A stretch of DNA of 64,000 bases from Candidatus Uhrbacteria bacterium. Lineage in GTDB: Bacteria > Patescibacteriota > Patescibacteriia > UBA9934. Shown piece by piece: positions 38,101 to 47,746 of this stretch. The first letter of the stretch is position 1, and every line of letters begins with the position of its first letter. The stretch is taken from assembly GCA_018664485.1 (NCBI GenBank), contig JABJOE010000002.1:11896-75895 (forward strand), given 5' to 3'. A program made the translations under genes and the position numbers. The notes under the pieces are model-generated. The model saw only the letters and a program-made list of their open reading frames with translations. It was not told the origin of the DNA and ran no database searches.

Positions 38101-40098
38101 GTGTCTATGGACGTTTTAACACTCTCACTTGTTGCCTCAGGAGCAGCTATCATCTATACACTCTTCCTGATTTCATCCATTCTCAAGATGCCAGCTGGCG
38201 AAGGGAAGATGAAAGGAATCGCGCTTGCGATTCAAGAGGGGGCAAATGCCTACCTCGCACGACAGTACCGCGTGATCGCCATTATTGGTGCCGTGGTTTT
38301 TGTACTTCTAGGCCTATTTCTAACTTGGACAACCGCCGCAGGATTCCTCGTTGGTGCCGTTTTATCTGGTTTGACTGGATACATCGGAATGATGGTGTCC
38401 GTACGTGCAAACGTACGTACTGCCGAAGCCGCTAAAGGTGGAATGGCAAAAGCGCTTAACGTTGCTGTTAAGGGTGGTGCTGTAACTGGAATGTTCGTTG
38501 TAGCCCTTGGGCTCCTCGGAGTTGCAGGCTTCTACCTAGTGACAAAGGACATCAATGCTCTTATCGGACTTGGGTTCGGTGGATCGCTTATTTCTGTGTT
38601 CGCTCGACTTGGTGGTGGAATTTTTACAAAGGCTGCTGACGTTGGTGCAGACCTTGTTGGAAAGGTTGAAGCTGGAATTCCAGAAGATGACCCACGCAAC
38701 CCAGCTGTAATCGCAGACAACGTTGGAGATAACGTTGGAGACTGTGCAGGAATGGCTGCCGACCTTTACGAGACATATGCTGTATCAATCGTTGCAGCGA
38801 TGCTTCTAGGACTCCTCACATTTGGAACAATCGAAGAAATTATTACATTCCCTCTGGCTGTCGGAGCTGTCGGAATCATTGCAAGTATTATCGGACTTTT
38901 CTTCATCAAGCTTGGACCAAGCAAGAAGATCATGCCCGCTCTATATAAAGGGCTGATCGTTGCCGGTGGACTCTCCGCTATCGCTTTTTACCCTTTGACC
39001 AACTGGATCTTGGGTGACATTCAAGGAATCGACTCAATGGCTATCTACTACTCATTGCTCGTCGGGCTCGCTGTCACAGCACTTATGGTTGTGATCACTG
39101 AGTACTACACTTCAACTGATTACAAGCCGGTTCAAAATCTTGCAGCAGCATCACAGACAGGACATGGAACAAACGTTATTGCAGGACTCGCACTTTCAAT
39201 GCGATCAACCGCTCTTCCGGTGATCGTGATCGTTGCAGGACTCCTCGTATCTTACGGTCTAGCTGACATCTACGGTGCGGCAATGGCGGTTACATCAATG
39301 CTTTCACTTGCTGGAATCATTGTGACTCTCGACGCATACGGACCAATTACCGACAACGCTGGAGGAATTGCAGAGATGTCTGAGCTCGATAGCGAGGTGC
39401 GCGAAGTAACTGATGCACTAGACGCAGTTGGAAACACAACAAAGGCTGTTACAAAGGGATACGCAATCGCATCTGCCGGACTCGCAGCTACTGTGCTCTT
39501 CGCTGGATACACAGAAGAGCTATCACGACTCGGACTTGAATACGCTTTCTCTCTTTCAAACCCATACGTTGTAGCAGGGCTTTTGATCGGTGGACTTCTA
39601 CCTTTCATCTTTGGAGCTATGGCAATGGAAGCGGTTGGAAAAGCTGCTGGTAAAGTCGTTGAGGAGGTACGACGTCAGTTCCGAGAGATCAAAGGAATTA
39701 TGGACGGATCTGGTAAGCCTGAATACGGAAAGTGTGTAGACATCGTTACACAGTCAGCACTAAACCAGATGATCGTTCCGGCTCTTATTCCAGTAGTTGT
39801 ACCGATTCTTGTCGGACTATTGCTTGGACCTGAGGCGCTTGGAGGACTTCTAATGGGAACTATTGTGACTGGACTCTTCCTTGCAATCTCAATGACCACA
39901 GGTGGTGGAGCTTGGGACAATGCAAAGAAGTACATTGAAATGGGGAACTACGGTGGAAAGAAATCGCTAGCGCACGAAGCTGCGATTACTGGAGACACCG
40001 TTGGTGATCCGTACAAAGACACAGCAGGACCCGCAATCAACCCAATGATCAAGATCATCAACATTGTTGCACTCCTAATCATTGCTCTAATCGTCTAG
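38101..40098 (+). CDS. hppA: membrane-bound proton/sodium-translocating pyrophosphatase
   Basis: [19 protein letters not shown] and [21 protein letters not shown] are canonical H+-PPase motifs; 16 TM helices; 665 aa. Confidence 0.95.
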   Translation: MSMDVLTLSLVASGAAIIYTLFLISSILKMPAGEGKMKGIALAIQEGANAYLARQYRVIAIIGAVVFVLLGLFLTWTTAAGFLVGAVLSGLTGYIGMMVSVRANVRTAEAAKGGMAKALNVAVKGGAVTGMFVVALGLLGVAGFYLVTKDINALIGLGFGGSLISVFARLGGGIFTKAADVGADLVGKVEAGIPEDDPRNPAVIADNVGDNVGDCAGMAADLYETYAVSIVAAMLLGLLTFGTIEEIITFPLAVGAVGIIASIIGLFFIKLGPSKKIMPALYKGLIVAGGLSAIAFYPLTNWILGDIQGIDSMAIYYSLLVGLAVTALMVVITEYYTSTDYKPVQNLAAASQTGHGTNVIAGLALSMRSTALPVIVIVAGLLVSYGLADIYGAAMAVTSMLSLAGIIVTLDAYGPITDNAGGIAEMSELDSEVREVTDALDAVGNTTKAVTKGYAIASAGLAATVLFAGYTEELSRLGLEYAFSLSNPYVVAGLLIGGLLPFIFGAMAMEAVGKAAGKVVEEVRRQFREIKGIMDGSGKPEYGKCVDIVTQSALNQMIVPALIPVVVPILVGLLLGPEALGGLLMGTIVTGLFLAISMTTGGGAWDNAKKYIEMGNYGGKKSLAHEAAITGDTVGDPYKDTAGPAINPMIKIINIVALLIIALIV

Positions 40099-40119
40099 AG
40101 CTACTTGGAAGTTTTTAAA

Positions 40120-40155
40120 ACAAAACGCCCGGTTCATCCGGGTGTTTTTGTTTTG
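40120..40155. terminator. bidirectional Rho-independent terminator between hppA and the 122-aa gene
   Basis: gcccgg-ttcat-ccgggt hairpin flanked by aaaacaaaa and tttttgtttt. Confidence 0.6.
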
Positions 40156-40157
40156 AT

Positions 40158-40526
40158 CTAGGCTAAGGAATCGAGCAACAACAGTCTATCAGCCTCCTGT
40201 GTTGTAATGACTTTCGTTCTCTGCAATGTCTTAATGAGCTCAATGGCTTTCGTGTCACCTTTTCGAAGAAGAGAAATCAAATCACCCTTTAACTCTGTTA
40301 GTTTTCGATCGATATAGTCACGCAGATCGTGATTAAGCTTGCCGAAACGACCATTAACGGATTCATCGAGCGCGCTCAACTTTAAGTCCAGCTCATCTTT
40401 CGTAACCATGTTCTCTTGAAGAAATTCAATAAGCTCGCCCAGCGTCTCATCTGTCTTTCGCTGCGAATTAGCGACCTTTTCAATCGCTGTAAGTAACTGT
40501 GCGTTTGTAATTTTTTTCTGTGTCAT
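40158..40526 (-). CDS. hypothetical coiled-coil protein (122 aa)
   Basis: Intact ORF with typical local GC content; no recognisable domain. Confidence 0.4.
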   Translation of the reverse strand: MTQKKITNAQLLTAIEKVANSQRKTDETLGELIEFLQENMVTKDELDLKLSALDESVNGRFGKLNHDLRDYIDRKLTELKGDLISLLRKGDTKAIELIKTLQRTKVITTQEADRLLLLDSLA

Positions 40527-40574
40527 ATAAATACGGTCATAAAAATAAACCGTCCTTCTCTTTCTATCTTACCA

Positions 40575-40621
40575 CGCTACAAAAGCAGAGCGCCCGCCGC
40601 GACACGATGGTCGGGCGGGCA
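40575..40621. repeat. R0: copy of the GC-rich imperfect-palindrome hairpin gcgcccgccgcgacacgatggtcgggcgggc (terminator of cassette gene A)
   Basis: Near-identical to 41058-41097; the stem gcccgccg/cgggcgggc carries a one-base bulge. Confidence 0.6.
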
Positions 40622-40650
40622 GACGGTGGCCTGAATCTTCGCGGCGGTGA

Positions 40651-40968
40651 TCAGCCTCGTGCCGGGGCAGGTGTCTTCTCCAAGAAGGTGGCGACACCGG
40701 GCCTCGTCTTGGCAGCTTCGGTAAGGACGTAAACGAGTCGCTTCAAGTGCGTCTCACGCCCCTGAATCTCTCCAAGGTTCGCACTCACCCGTGCGACAAC
40801 CAGGCTGTCCGAGCACCCGGGGTCCTTGAGCATCAGCTCGATGCGAGCAACTTCAACGGCGACTGGATCACGCCCCTTGGTCACACGCATGTAGGTGTCT
40901 TGGAGTTCGCCGATCACATAGTGTTGCAATATGGCGCCAATGTTGCGGAAAAAATCAAACCTCATCAC
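40651..40968 (-). CDS. hypothetical 105-aa protein, paralog A of a tandem GC-rich cassette
   Basis: About 60% GC. Homologous to the 41113..41430 product, with shared residues such as QH.V.G...DT, DP.C.D.L, LG and RPG.A.F....PA.AR; no known domain. Confidence 0.55.
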   Translation of the reverse strand: MMRFDFFRNIGAILQHYVIGELQDTYMRVTKGRDPVAVEVARIELMLKDPGCSDSLVVARVSANLGEIQGRETHLKRLVYVLTEAAKTRPGVATFLEKTPAPARG

Positions 40969-40998
40969 GAAAGCCTTTGTGGTAGGGCAGGACGTCGT

Positions 40999-41097
40999 TC
41001 ATCCCGGTCTATGTAGACACCTCAACATACTCCAAAAGTACGTTTACGTCAAGATGCAAAGCGCCCGCCGCGACACGATGGTCGGGCGGGCAGACTG
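40999..41097. repeat. R1: full cassette-junction repeat (promoter-like TTGACG-17 nt-TATGTT, 5' UTR, then the terminator hairpin of the upstream cassette)
   Basis: 40999-41068 matches 41470-41537 (cccgtctatgtagacacctcaac.tactccaaaag.acg...tcaa.atgcaa.gcgcccgc). 41058-41097 matches 40575-40621. Confidence 0.6.
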
Positions 41098-41112
41098 TAG
41101 GTCGAGCTTCGT

Positions 41113-41430
41113 TTAGTCTCGAGCGAGAGCCGGTTCTTCGGCCACGAATACTGCGAGGCCAGGTCGATCTTGGGCAGCGCTATGAAGCACGGCAACGAGC
41201 TGAAGAATATCCGGTTCAGAACGCAGAAAGTCTCCAAGGATGTTGTTGACCTTCATAATAATCAGCCAGTCCGGACACTCCGGGTCGCCGACCATCGCCC
41301 TGATGCGGTTCAGCGAAGCCGCCAACGGATGAACACCGTATATAAGCCGGTCCCACGTATCACTGACGGCACCTAGGACAGAGTGTTGAAACACAGCGCT
41401 CACACTTGTACGAATCAAAGCAGAGTTCAT
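41113..41430 (-). CDS. hypothetical 105-aa protein, paralog B of a tandem GC-rich cassette
   Basis: Same length and about 35% amino-acid identity to paralog A; its own promoter-like repeat lies upstream and the GC hairpin downstream. Confidence 0.55.
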   Translation of the reverse strand: MNSALIRTSVSAVFQHSVLGAVSDTWDRLIYGVHPLAASLNRIRAMVGDPECPDWLIIMKVNNILGDFLRSEPDILQLVAVLHSAAQDRPGLAVFVAEEPALARD

Positions 41431-41469
41431 TTCAGGTCCTTGTTGGGGTGCAGAGCTACTATAGCTCCC

Positions 41470-41537
41470 GTCTATGTAGACACCTCAACCTACTCCAAAA
41501 AGACGCCCTCGTCAATATGCAATGCGCCCGCGTGATT
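41470..41537. repeat. R2: promoter-like head of the cassette repeat upstream of paralog B
   Basis: The minus strand reads ATTGACG-17 nt-TAGGTT; it matches 40999-41068. Confidence 0.55.
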
Positions 41538-41709
41538 GACAAAAACCCCAGCAAACTCTACACTCCGCGCGAAGAAAGAACTAGAGCTGACTTATTTGAG
41601 GTCAGTTTTAGGCACAGGGAAAAATGCCGAGGAGGCGTACCATTAGTACGTTGACGAGTCATTTAACTCTGTAACAACAAAATGATCCAAATAAGTAAGT
41701 TACATTTTT

Positions 41710-42996
41710 ATGACATACAAGCTAGAAACTGAAGGAAAGAAAGCTACGTTTACAATCACCGTCCCACAGGCAGACGTTGAAGCTGCAATGAAGCGCGCTG
41801 CAGAACGCATTTCACAAACAACAAAGATCGATGGCTTTCGCCCAGGTAAGGCAAACTACGAAGCTATCAAGAAAAATGTAGGAGAGATGAAGCTCTTGGA
41901 AGAGTGCACCGAAGAGCTTATCCGAAACGCATTTGTAAAAGCGTCTTTGAAGGAAAATCTAGAGACTGTTGGTCAGCCATACTTCGACATGATCAAGATG
42001 GCCCCAGGAAACGACATGGTTTTTACAGCAGAAGTTGCTCTCATGCCAAAAATTACAAAGCTCGCTGACTACGAAAAGCTCTCAGTAAAAAAAGAAAGTA
42101 CTGAGCCCTCAAAAGAACTCATCGAGCAGGCTCGCGCGGACCTTGCGCGAATGCAAACAAAAGAAGTTCGCCGGCCATCTGGAGAAAAACTTCAAAAAGG
42201 AGACAAGGCTGTCATCAATCTTACAATGAAAAAGGAAGGTGTCGTGCTTGAAGGTGGCGAAGGTCGAGACCATGGTGTATATACCGGCGAAGGTCACTAC
42301 ATCAAGGGCTTGATTGAAAAAATTATCGACATGAAAGAAGGTGACAAGCAGTCTTTCACTCTCGACTTTCCAGATGACCACTACCAGAAGCACCTAGCAG
42401 GTCAGCCAATTGATTTCGAAGTTGAAGTGAAAGAAATCTTTGAACTACAGGCGCCAAAAATGGATGAAGCTTTCGCAAAGACGGTTGGATGCAAAGATCT
42501 TGCTGACTTGGAAGGTAAACTCAAAGAGAATCTAGAAAAAGAAAATATTGTTCAAGAATCTCGACGACAAGAGCAGGAAGTTCTAAAGCTCCTCGCATCA
42601 AAAACAAAGTTCGAAGAAATTTCCGACCTCCTCATCAACCAGGAAATTACAAAGATGATTGAGGAGCTGAAACAGAACATCAGCAACCGCGGACTGCAGT
42701 TTGAGGAATATCTAAAATCCATCAACAAAACGGTTGCCGACCTTAAGCTCGATTTAACACCTGACGCACTTACACGCGTTCAGATCGCTCTTATCCTCGC
42801 AGAGGTAACAAAGAAGGAAGAGATCGTTGTTGAAGGGAAGGAGCTAGATGAAGAAATTGACCGGATGGCAGAGCAATACAAAGACAACGAGGATGCAAAG
42901 AAGCAAATCTTCTCTCCTCGCTACCGAGAATACGTGCAACAACAACTATCAAACCAGAAAGTTGTTACGTTGCTCAAAGGAAAGATGGTTAAGTAG
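41710..42996 (+). CDS. tig: trigger factor
   Basis: N-terminal ribosome-binding domain (TFTITVPQADVEAAMKRA), central FKBP-like PPIase, C-terminal arms; 428 aa. Confidence 0.9.
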   Translation: MTYKLETEGKKATFTITVPQADVEAAMKRAAERISQTTKIDGFRPGKANYEAIKKNVGEMKLLEECTEELIRNAFVKASLKENLETVGQPYFDMIKMAPGNDMVFTAEVALMPKITKLADYEKLSVKKESTEPSKELIEQARADLARMQTKEVRRPSGEKLQKGDKAVINLTMKKEGVVLEGGEGRDHGVYTGEGHYIKGLIEKIIDMKEGDKQSFTLDFPDDHYQKHLAGQPIDFEVEVKEIFELQAPKMDEAFAKTVGCKDLADLEGKLKENLEKENIVQESRRQEQEVLKLLASKTKFEEISDLLINQEITKMIEELKQNISNRGLQFEEYLKSINKTVADLKLDLTPDALTRVQIALILAEVTKKEEIVVEGKELDEEIDRMAEQYKDNEDAKKQIFSPRYREYVQQQLSNQKVVTLLKGKMVK

Positions 42997-43011
42997 AAGA
43001 CTTAATCCGGG

Positions 43012-43040
43012 AAAACGGGCCGAAAGGCCTTTTTTCTTTT
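43012..43040 (+). terminator. Rho-independent terminator after tig
   Basis: gggcc-gaaa-ggcct hairpin followed by TTTTTCTTTT. Confidence 0.6.
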
Positions 43041-43117
43041 GGTATTGAAGTAATCGCTTAACAGTAGTAAAAAGGGATTAGAAATCTAACAAAGGGGGGA
43101 GGCCCTTCTTTTATTTT

Positions 43118-44131
43118 ATGGATGTCATTGCAACAATTCGAAAAATGCCATACTACACAGAGCGAAATGCGCGCATGATCGATGCGGGCGTGGATGCGTT
43201 TCGCGTAAAGTGCTCGCATGTAAGTATCCCCGAAATTTCATCAGCTCTTCAGGCGGCTCGTCAGCAGATAGATGCCAGTGGTCGACAGGTAAAACTCTTG
43301 GCAGACCTTCCGGAGGCAAAGCTTCGCCTTGGAGACTTTCCTCAAGAACAGATGGAGGTTGAAAAAGATGTTGATTTTAGATTTTTGCACGGCCCTGAGT
43401 CCTCCGACCCAAGCGCCTACATACCGTTCACTACGCCCGCGCTCGCACAGCATCTTAAAATTGGGGATCGTTTCTATATTGGAGACGGTCATCTCGAGCT
43501 TGAAGTGACCGACATTCACAGTCCAAATGAATTCATCGCCCGCAGCGTCTCAAACGGAACGCTCACCCGGCGAGCAAGCATCACTGTTCCGAGCCTGATG
43601 GATCAGCTCGATCACATCGTTCCTGAAATCGATGACATTATCGCAGAACTTCCAAAGAGTAAGCCGGACCTAGTGTCCTTTTCGTTCGTTCGCAACCAGG
43701 CAATGCTACACACGCTCATGGACAAGCTCCTTGCCGTCACAACACCGCAGTGGCGGCCGATGGTTATCGCTAAAATAGAATCTGCGGAAGGTGTAAAGAA
43801 TGTTGATGAGATTTTAGAGGTATGCCATGGCATAATGATTGCGCGCGGAGACCTGGCGCTCAACATTCCGTTCGAGCAACTCGGCCTTATTCAAAAAAAG
43901 CTCGTTGCAAAAGCTCGTCAGGCTGGAAAGTATGTCATTGTAGCAACCGGTGCACTTGAGTCAATGCTATATACCTCAATGCCATCACGAGCGGGAATCT
44001 TAGACGTAACGAATAGCTGCCTTGATGGTGCGTCTGCAATAATGCTTTGTCCTGAAACCGCTCACAATAAGAATCCTGAGCGTGTCGTGCAAGTTGCGCA
44101 CAAAATAATTGCTGCGGTTGAAAACCCCTAA
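43118..44131 (+). CDS. pyruvate kinase-like protein (barrel/A-domain only, lacking the C-terminal domain)
   Basis: KIESAEGVKNVDEILEVCHGIMIARGDLALNIPFEQ...VIVATGALESM...PSRAGILDVTNSCLDGASAIMLCPETA aligns with the PK active-site barrel. At 337 aa it is too short for a full PK. Confidence 0.65.
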   Translation: MDVIATIRKMPYYTERNARMIDAGVDAFRVKCSHVSIPEISSALQAARQQIDASGRQVKLLADLPEAKLRLGDFPQEQMEVEKDVDFRFLHGPESSDPSAYIPFTTPALAQHLKIGDRFYIGDGHLELEVTDIHSPNEFIARSVSNGTLTRRASITVPSLMDQLDHIVPEIDDIIAELPKSKPDLVSFSFVRNQAMLHTLMDKLLAVTTPQWRPMVIAKIESAEGVKNVDEILEVCHGIMIARGDLALNIPFEQLGLIQKKLVAKARQAGKYVIVATGALESMLYTSMPSRAGILDVTNSCLDGASAIMLCPETAHNKNPERVVQVAHKIIAAVENP

Positions 44132-44164
44132 GGTATACTGGTATCAAATACGTAAATTCAAACT

Positions 44165-44935
44165 ATGCTTACAACAAAAAAAATGGCCGAACACATAGCT
44201 CGTTTGGCTGGCGCAGAACTTACAAAGAAATCAACAAGCCTAACCCAAGGAGACGTTTCATTTAAAAAGCATGGCGAAACCGTTACTCGCATTGATCGCG
44301 AGATAAACACTTTTATTATCAACGAGCTTGAAGCTCATTTTCCAGACCACGACATTATTACCGAAGAGGCCGACGCTATCGACGGCAACGGAGAGCATAA
44401 GCGTTGGTTTGTAGACCCGATTGACGGAACAAATAACTTCGTACGCCAAATCCCACTTTACTGTGTATCAATTGGGTATGAGCAAGACCGTGTGCTGACG
44501 GTCGGGGCAATCTTTGACCCCGTCCACCAAGTTCTTTACAGCGGAGAACGTGGGAAGGGGGCCTTCGCGAACGACAAGGCGCTACACGTCACAAAACAAA
44601 CCGCTCTGGATAACGCAATGATCTTTGAGGGTCATGGGTACCCTCCAGAACACCAGGCACAGCACAGCAAGGTCGTTTCGCGTATCAATTCGTCGTCTTC
44701 AAACCGCAGAGAGATCGGAACTGCAGCACTTATGCTCGCATACCTCGCCCAGGGACGTGCAGACGGAATGATCCTCACAGGAACCAAGCCTTGGGACTGT
44801 GCTGCCGGAGCCGTTCTCGTACGTGAGGCAGGAGGAAGGGTTACAAACTTCAAAGGAGACGACTGGACACCCTCAGATAACATGATAGTTGCATCAAATG
44901 GCTTGATTCACGATCAGCTTCTTGAGCTTCTATGA
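44165..44935 (+). CDS. inositol monophosphatase family protein (SuhB-like)
   Basis: EEADAIDG...WFVDPIDGTNNFV and the WDCAAG motif. Confidence 0.85.
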   Translation: MLTTKKMAEHIARLAGAELTKKSTSLTQGDVSFKKHGETVTRIDREINTFIINELEAHFPDHDIITEEADAIDGNGEHKRWFVDPIDGTNNFVRQIPLYCVSIGYEQDRVLTVGAIFDPVHQVLYSGERGKGAFANDKALHVTKQTALDNAMIFEGHGYPPEHQAQHSKVVSRINSSSSNRREIGTAALMLAYLAQGRADGMILTGTKPWDCAAGAVLVREAGGRVTNFKGDDWTPSDNMIVASNGLIHDQLLELL

Positions 44936-45186
44936 TCCTCACGGTCCAAGTAAAGCCTGGGGCGAGCAAAACGAAGGTTGTAAGCTGGCGAGATGAAGGA
45001 ACTGTCGTAATCGCCCTTGCAGCACCCCCTGTAGACGGAAAAGCGAACCGTGCACTGATCGTATTCCTGTCAAAACAACTAAGAGTAGCAAAAAGCCTAA
45101 TAACAATAAAACGCGGCCAGTCAGGTCGCGTAAAACATATTGAACTTCCAGACGGCACAAGTCTTGATCACTTAACCGGATCGTGA
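44932..45186 (+). CDS. DUF167 (YggU) family protein
   Basis: VKPGASKTKV...PPVDGKANRALIVFLSK is the DUF167 signature. The start overlaps the preceding stop by 4 nt. Confidence 0.8.
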   Translation: MILTVQVKPGASKTKVVSWRDEGTVVIALAAPPVDGKANRALIVFLSKQLRVAKSLITIKRGQSGRVKHIELPDGTSLDHLTGS

Positions 45187-45404
45187 CCGCCCTTGCCCCA
45201 CGGATGACATCGCACGATTCTCTTTACCCCCTTTATCGATCCGATAACTATTCCGTATTTTAAAATCGACTGTCGGGTGTACTCAGAGCAAGTGGGGTGA
45301 AACTTACAAACTCCATATGGAAAAAGTGGCCGAAGCCACCCATGATCTCCCGAGAGAGTGCGTTGATATACAGATATTATAAATGCCGCCAGCCCTCGCA
45401 TCAT
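45168..45404 (-). CDS. yidD: membrane protein insertion efficiency factor YidD
   Basis: ISVYQRTLSGDHGWLRPLFPYGVCKFHPTCSEY...HPWGKGGHDPV is the canonical sequence. Confidence 0.9.
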   Translation of the reverse strand: MMRGLAAFIISVYQRTLSGDHGWLRPLFPYGVCKFHPTCSEYTRQSILKYGIVIGSIKGVKRIVRCHPWGKGGHDPVK

Positions 45405-45742
45405 ACAACGAGTTTTGCTTTTTTGAGCACGCCCATGAGGCGTTCTTTTTTTGCGTCGTAGTCTAGGTCAAGCGCGCCCTTAGACGTAAGTAGCATCACA
45501 TCCATACCTGGCTTGATACCAGTAAGATTAGTGCGAATAATCTCGCGATACTGACGACGCACGCGATTACGTTTCACAGCACTCTTGTGAACCTTGATTC
45601 CAACAACAACCGCAAACCTTGAGTCCGTACCGCCATTTGGACGAAACTTTACTCCGCAAACAGAATCGAAAACGCTCCGACCCTTCTTTAGGGTCAGCTT
45701 CACATCCTTCTCGTGTCGTAGTCTATTTTTTTGTTCAAACAT
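45401..45742 (-). CDS. rnpA: ribonuclease P protein component
   Basis: RLRHEKDVKLTLKKGRSV...RVRRQYREIIR RNR motif; overlaps yidD by 4 nt. Confidence 0.85.
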   Translation of the reverse strand: MFEQKNRLRHEKDVKLTLKKGRSVFDSVCGVKFRPNGGTDSRFAVVVGIKVHKSAVKRNRVRRQYREIIRTNLTGIKPGMDVMLLTSKGALDLDYDAKKERLMGVLKKAKLVV

Positions 45743-45750
45743 ACAAACAA

Positions 45751-45775
45751 AGTGGGCGGGTAAATCCCGTCCACT
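45751..45775 (-). terminator. intergenic hairpin (attenuator-like) between rpmH and rnpA
   Basis: agtgggcggg-taaat-cccgtccact, a 10-bp stem with one mismatch. Confidence 0.4.
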
Positions 45776-45780
45776 TTATC

Positions 45781-45933
45781 TTATCTCGCTCGAGCTGCAA
45801 CCGCCAGTCTCTTACGACCTTTGGCCATGCGGCGCTTGAGAAGCGCCCGTCCGGTTTTCGTTCTCATTCGTGCTCGGAAACCGTGTTTACGCGCTCGGCG
45901 ACGTTTCTTTGGTTGATACGTGCGCTTAGGCAT
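45781..45933 (-). CDS. rpmH: 50S ribosomal protein L34 (absent from the ORF track, under 60 aa)
   Basis: Manual translation [50 protein letters not shown]; the classic rpmH-rnpA-yidD arrangement. Confidence 0.9.
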   Translation of the reverse strand: MPKRTYQPKKRRRARKHGFRARMRTKTGRALLKRRMAKGRKRLAVAARAR

Positions 45934-46104
45934 AATATTTTCTAATCGATGCCGCCCCCAAGCGGTTATTCGAATGTATTCTTCACAGCGGTACAGTGCG
46001 CTGCGTGGGGAGGAAAGAAAAACCCCTTAATCTTAGGTTTAATCTCCTACAAAGTGACCTGAGGCTATCATGCCTACCTAAAAACGTCAAGGCTCTTGAC
46101 CTGC

Positions 46105-46188
46105 CGTGGATAACTTTCATTTCATCCCCTGTCTGTCCACAGAGTACTCACAAACCCTTAAAAACAAGGGCTTGTAGCCTGTGGATAT
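46105..46188. promoter_or_regulatory. imperfect DnaA boxes upstream of dnaA (possible autoregulatory sites/oriC part)
   Basis: cGTGGATAA at 46105-46113, TGTCCACAG at 46134-46142 and TGTGGATAt at 46180-46188, in the rpmH-dnaA intergenic region. Confidence 0.45.
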
Positions 46189-46232
46189 CTGGGATACTAT
46201 GCAAACCGTCGTTATACGTTGTGATTTTTTCT

Positions 46233-47633
46233 ATGAATACACATGAACTTTGGCAGGCTGCGCTCGGTGAGCTCGAATTGAAGCTGAGCAAAGCACACTT
46301 TACTACATGGTTCCGTAACACTTTTATTATTGAGTACGATAAACACCAAGTTACCGTTGGTGTTCCAAACACTTTTACAAAAGCATGGCTTGAGAAGAAA
46401 TATCACAAAGATATTCTAAATGCCATTCAAAATATTACTGAACACCCAATAAAAGGCCTTGGTTATCGTGTTGAAACACGTGCAAGCACACCCGTACCGG
46501 TTGTTTTGAAGGAAGTAGAGCCAGAACCAGCGCCGGCACCAACACATCCAATCAACGCATCTTACGAATCGCTTGGATTTACATCGCGAGAAGAGTCTCC
46601 ACGTTCATCTACTGCGATTAATAGCAGCTACACATTCGATTCATTCGTTGTTGGTAAGCAAAACGAGCTCGCACACGCAGCAGCACAGGCGGTTGCAGCA
46701 CATCCAGGTGGCACATATAACCCTGTGTTTGTTTACGGAGACGTCGGGCTTGGAAAAACACACCTTCTCCAGGCAATTGGGAACTCAATGCTCCAGCGCA
46801 ATCCAAATGCGCGTGTTCTATACGCAAGCTGTGAGCAGTTCACAAATGATTTCATCCACGCCGTCAGAACTGGGCGCGCAAAAGCATTTAAAGACCGATA
46901 CCGAACAGTAGACCTTCTATTAATAGACGATATTCAATTCATTACTGGAAAAGAAGGTACTCAAGAAGAGTTTTTCCACACATTTAACACACTTCACCAA
47001 GACAATAAGCAGATAGTTATCTGTTCAGACCGGCCACCAAAAGCAATTGCGGCTCTTGAAAAGCGACTTCTCTCAAGGCTTGAGTGGGGAATGCTCGTAG
47101 ACGTTGGAGCTCCGGACCTTGAAACACGAATTGCTATCTTGCAACTGAAGTGTCAAAACAAAACAATCAGCCTTGGGCGAGACACCCTTCAATATATTGC
47201 CTCAAATATTCAGTCTAATGTTCGAGAGCTAGAAGGTGCTCTCAACAAAATTGTCGCAGTTCACCAGTTTAAAAACATCCAGCCAAGCCTCGAGACAATC
47301 ATCCCAATAATTGATAGTTTCGACGTAAATACTATCAAAAAGACGGTTTCTCCAAAGCACATCATCCAGACAGTTACGGAATACTTCGACATTTCAATTG
47401 AAGACGTCCTTGGGAAAAGTCGAGAGAAGAGGCTGGCCTTTCCGCGCCAAATCATCATGTACCTCCTTCGTGAAGAGATGAGTATTTCATACCCTTCAAT
47501 CGGTACAGAGCTTGGTGGGCGAGACCACACAACGGCGATGCATGCCTACAGCAAAATTGCGAAGATCCTAAAGGATGACGACCAACTGAATCGTGATCTG
47601 GATCTGATCAAACAGAAAATGTACGCCGGATAA
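46233..47633 (+). CDS. dnaA: chromosomal replication initiator DnaA
   Basis: Walker A GDVGLGKTHLLQAIG, sensor and box motifs, and C-terminal DNA-binding domain (...TELGGRDHTTAMHAYSKI). ORF from 45996; the start is taken as MNTHELW. Confidence 0.95.
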   Translation: MNTHELWQAALGELELKLSKAHFTTWFRNTFIIEYDKHQVTVGVPNTFTKAWLEKKYHKDILNAIQNITEHPIKGLGYRVETRASTPVPVVLKEVEPEPAPAPTHPINASYESLGFTSREESPRSSTAINSSYTFDSFVVGKQNELAHAAAQAVAAHPGGTYNPVFVYGDVGLGKTHLLQAIGNSMLQRNPNARVLYASCEQFTNDFIHAVRTGRAKAFKDRYRTVDLLLIDDIQFITGKEGTQEEFFHTFNTLHQDNKQIVICSDRPPKAIAALEKRLLSRLEWGMLVDVGAPDLETRIAILQLKCQNKTISLGRDTLQYIASNIQSNVRELEGALNKIVAVHQFKNIQPSLETIIPIIDSFDVNTIKKTVSPKHIIQTVTEYFDISIEDVLGKSREKRLAFPRQIIMYLLREEMSISYPSIGTELGGRDHTTAMHAYSKIAKILKDDDQLNRDLDLIKQKMYAG

Positions 47634-47746
47634 ATCCCCAACTGTGGGTAGCCTGGGTACAACCCTGCCCAAAACCTGCTGACATCTCTGTTGAAAACCT
47701 TGGGGACAAGTGAGGATAAGTGTAGCGGCCAAAACCGGCATTAAAC

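Noticed and set aside
40575-41540. Integron-like cassette array (GC hairpins read as attC)
   Set aside because: No intI, no recognisable R''/R' core sites (RYYYAAC/GTTRRRY). The repeat also contains a plausible sigma70 promoter, so each unit looks like an autonomous gene with its own promoter and terminator.
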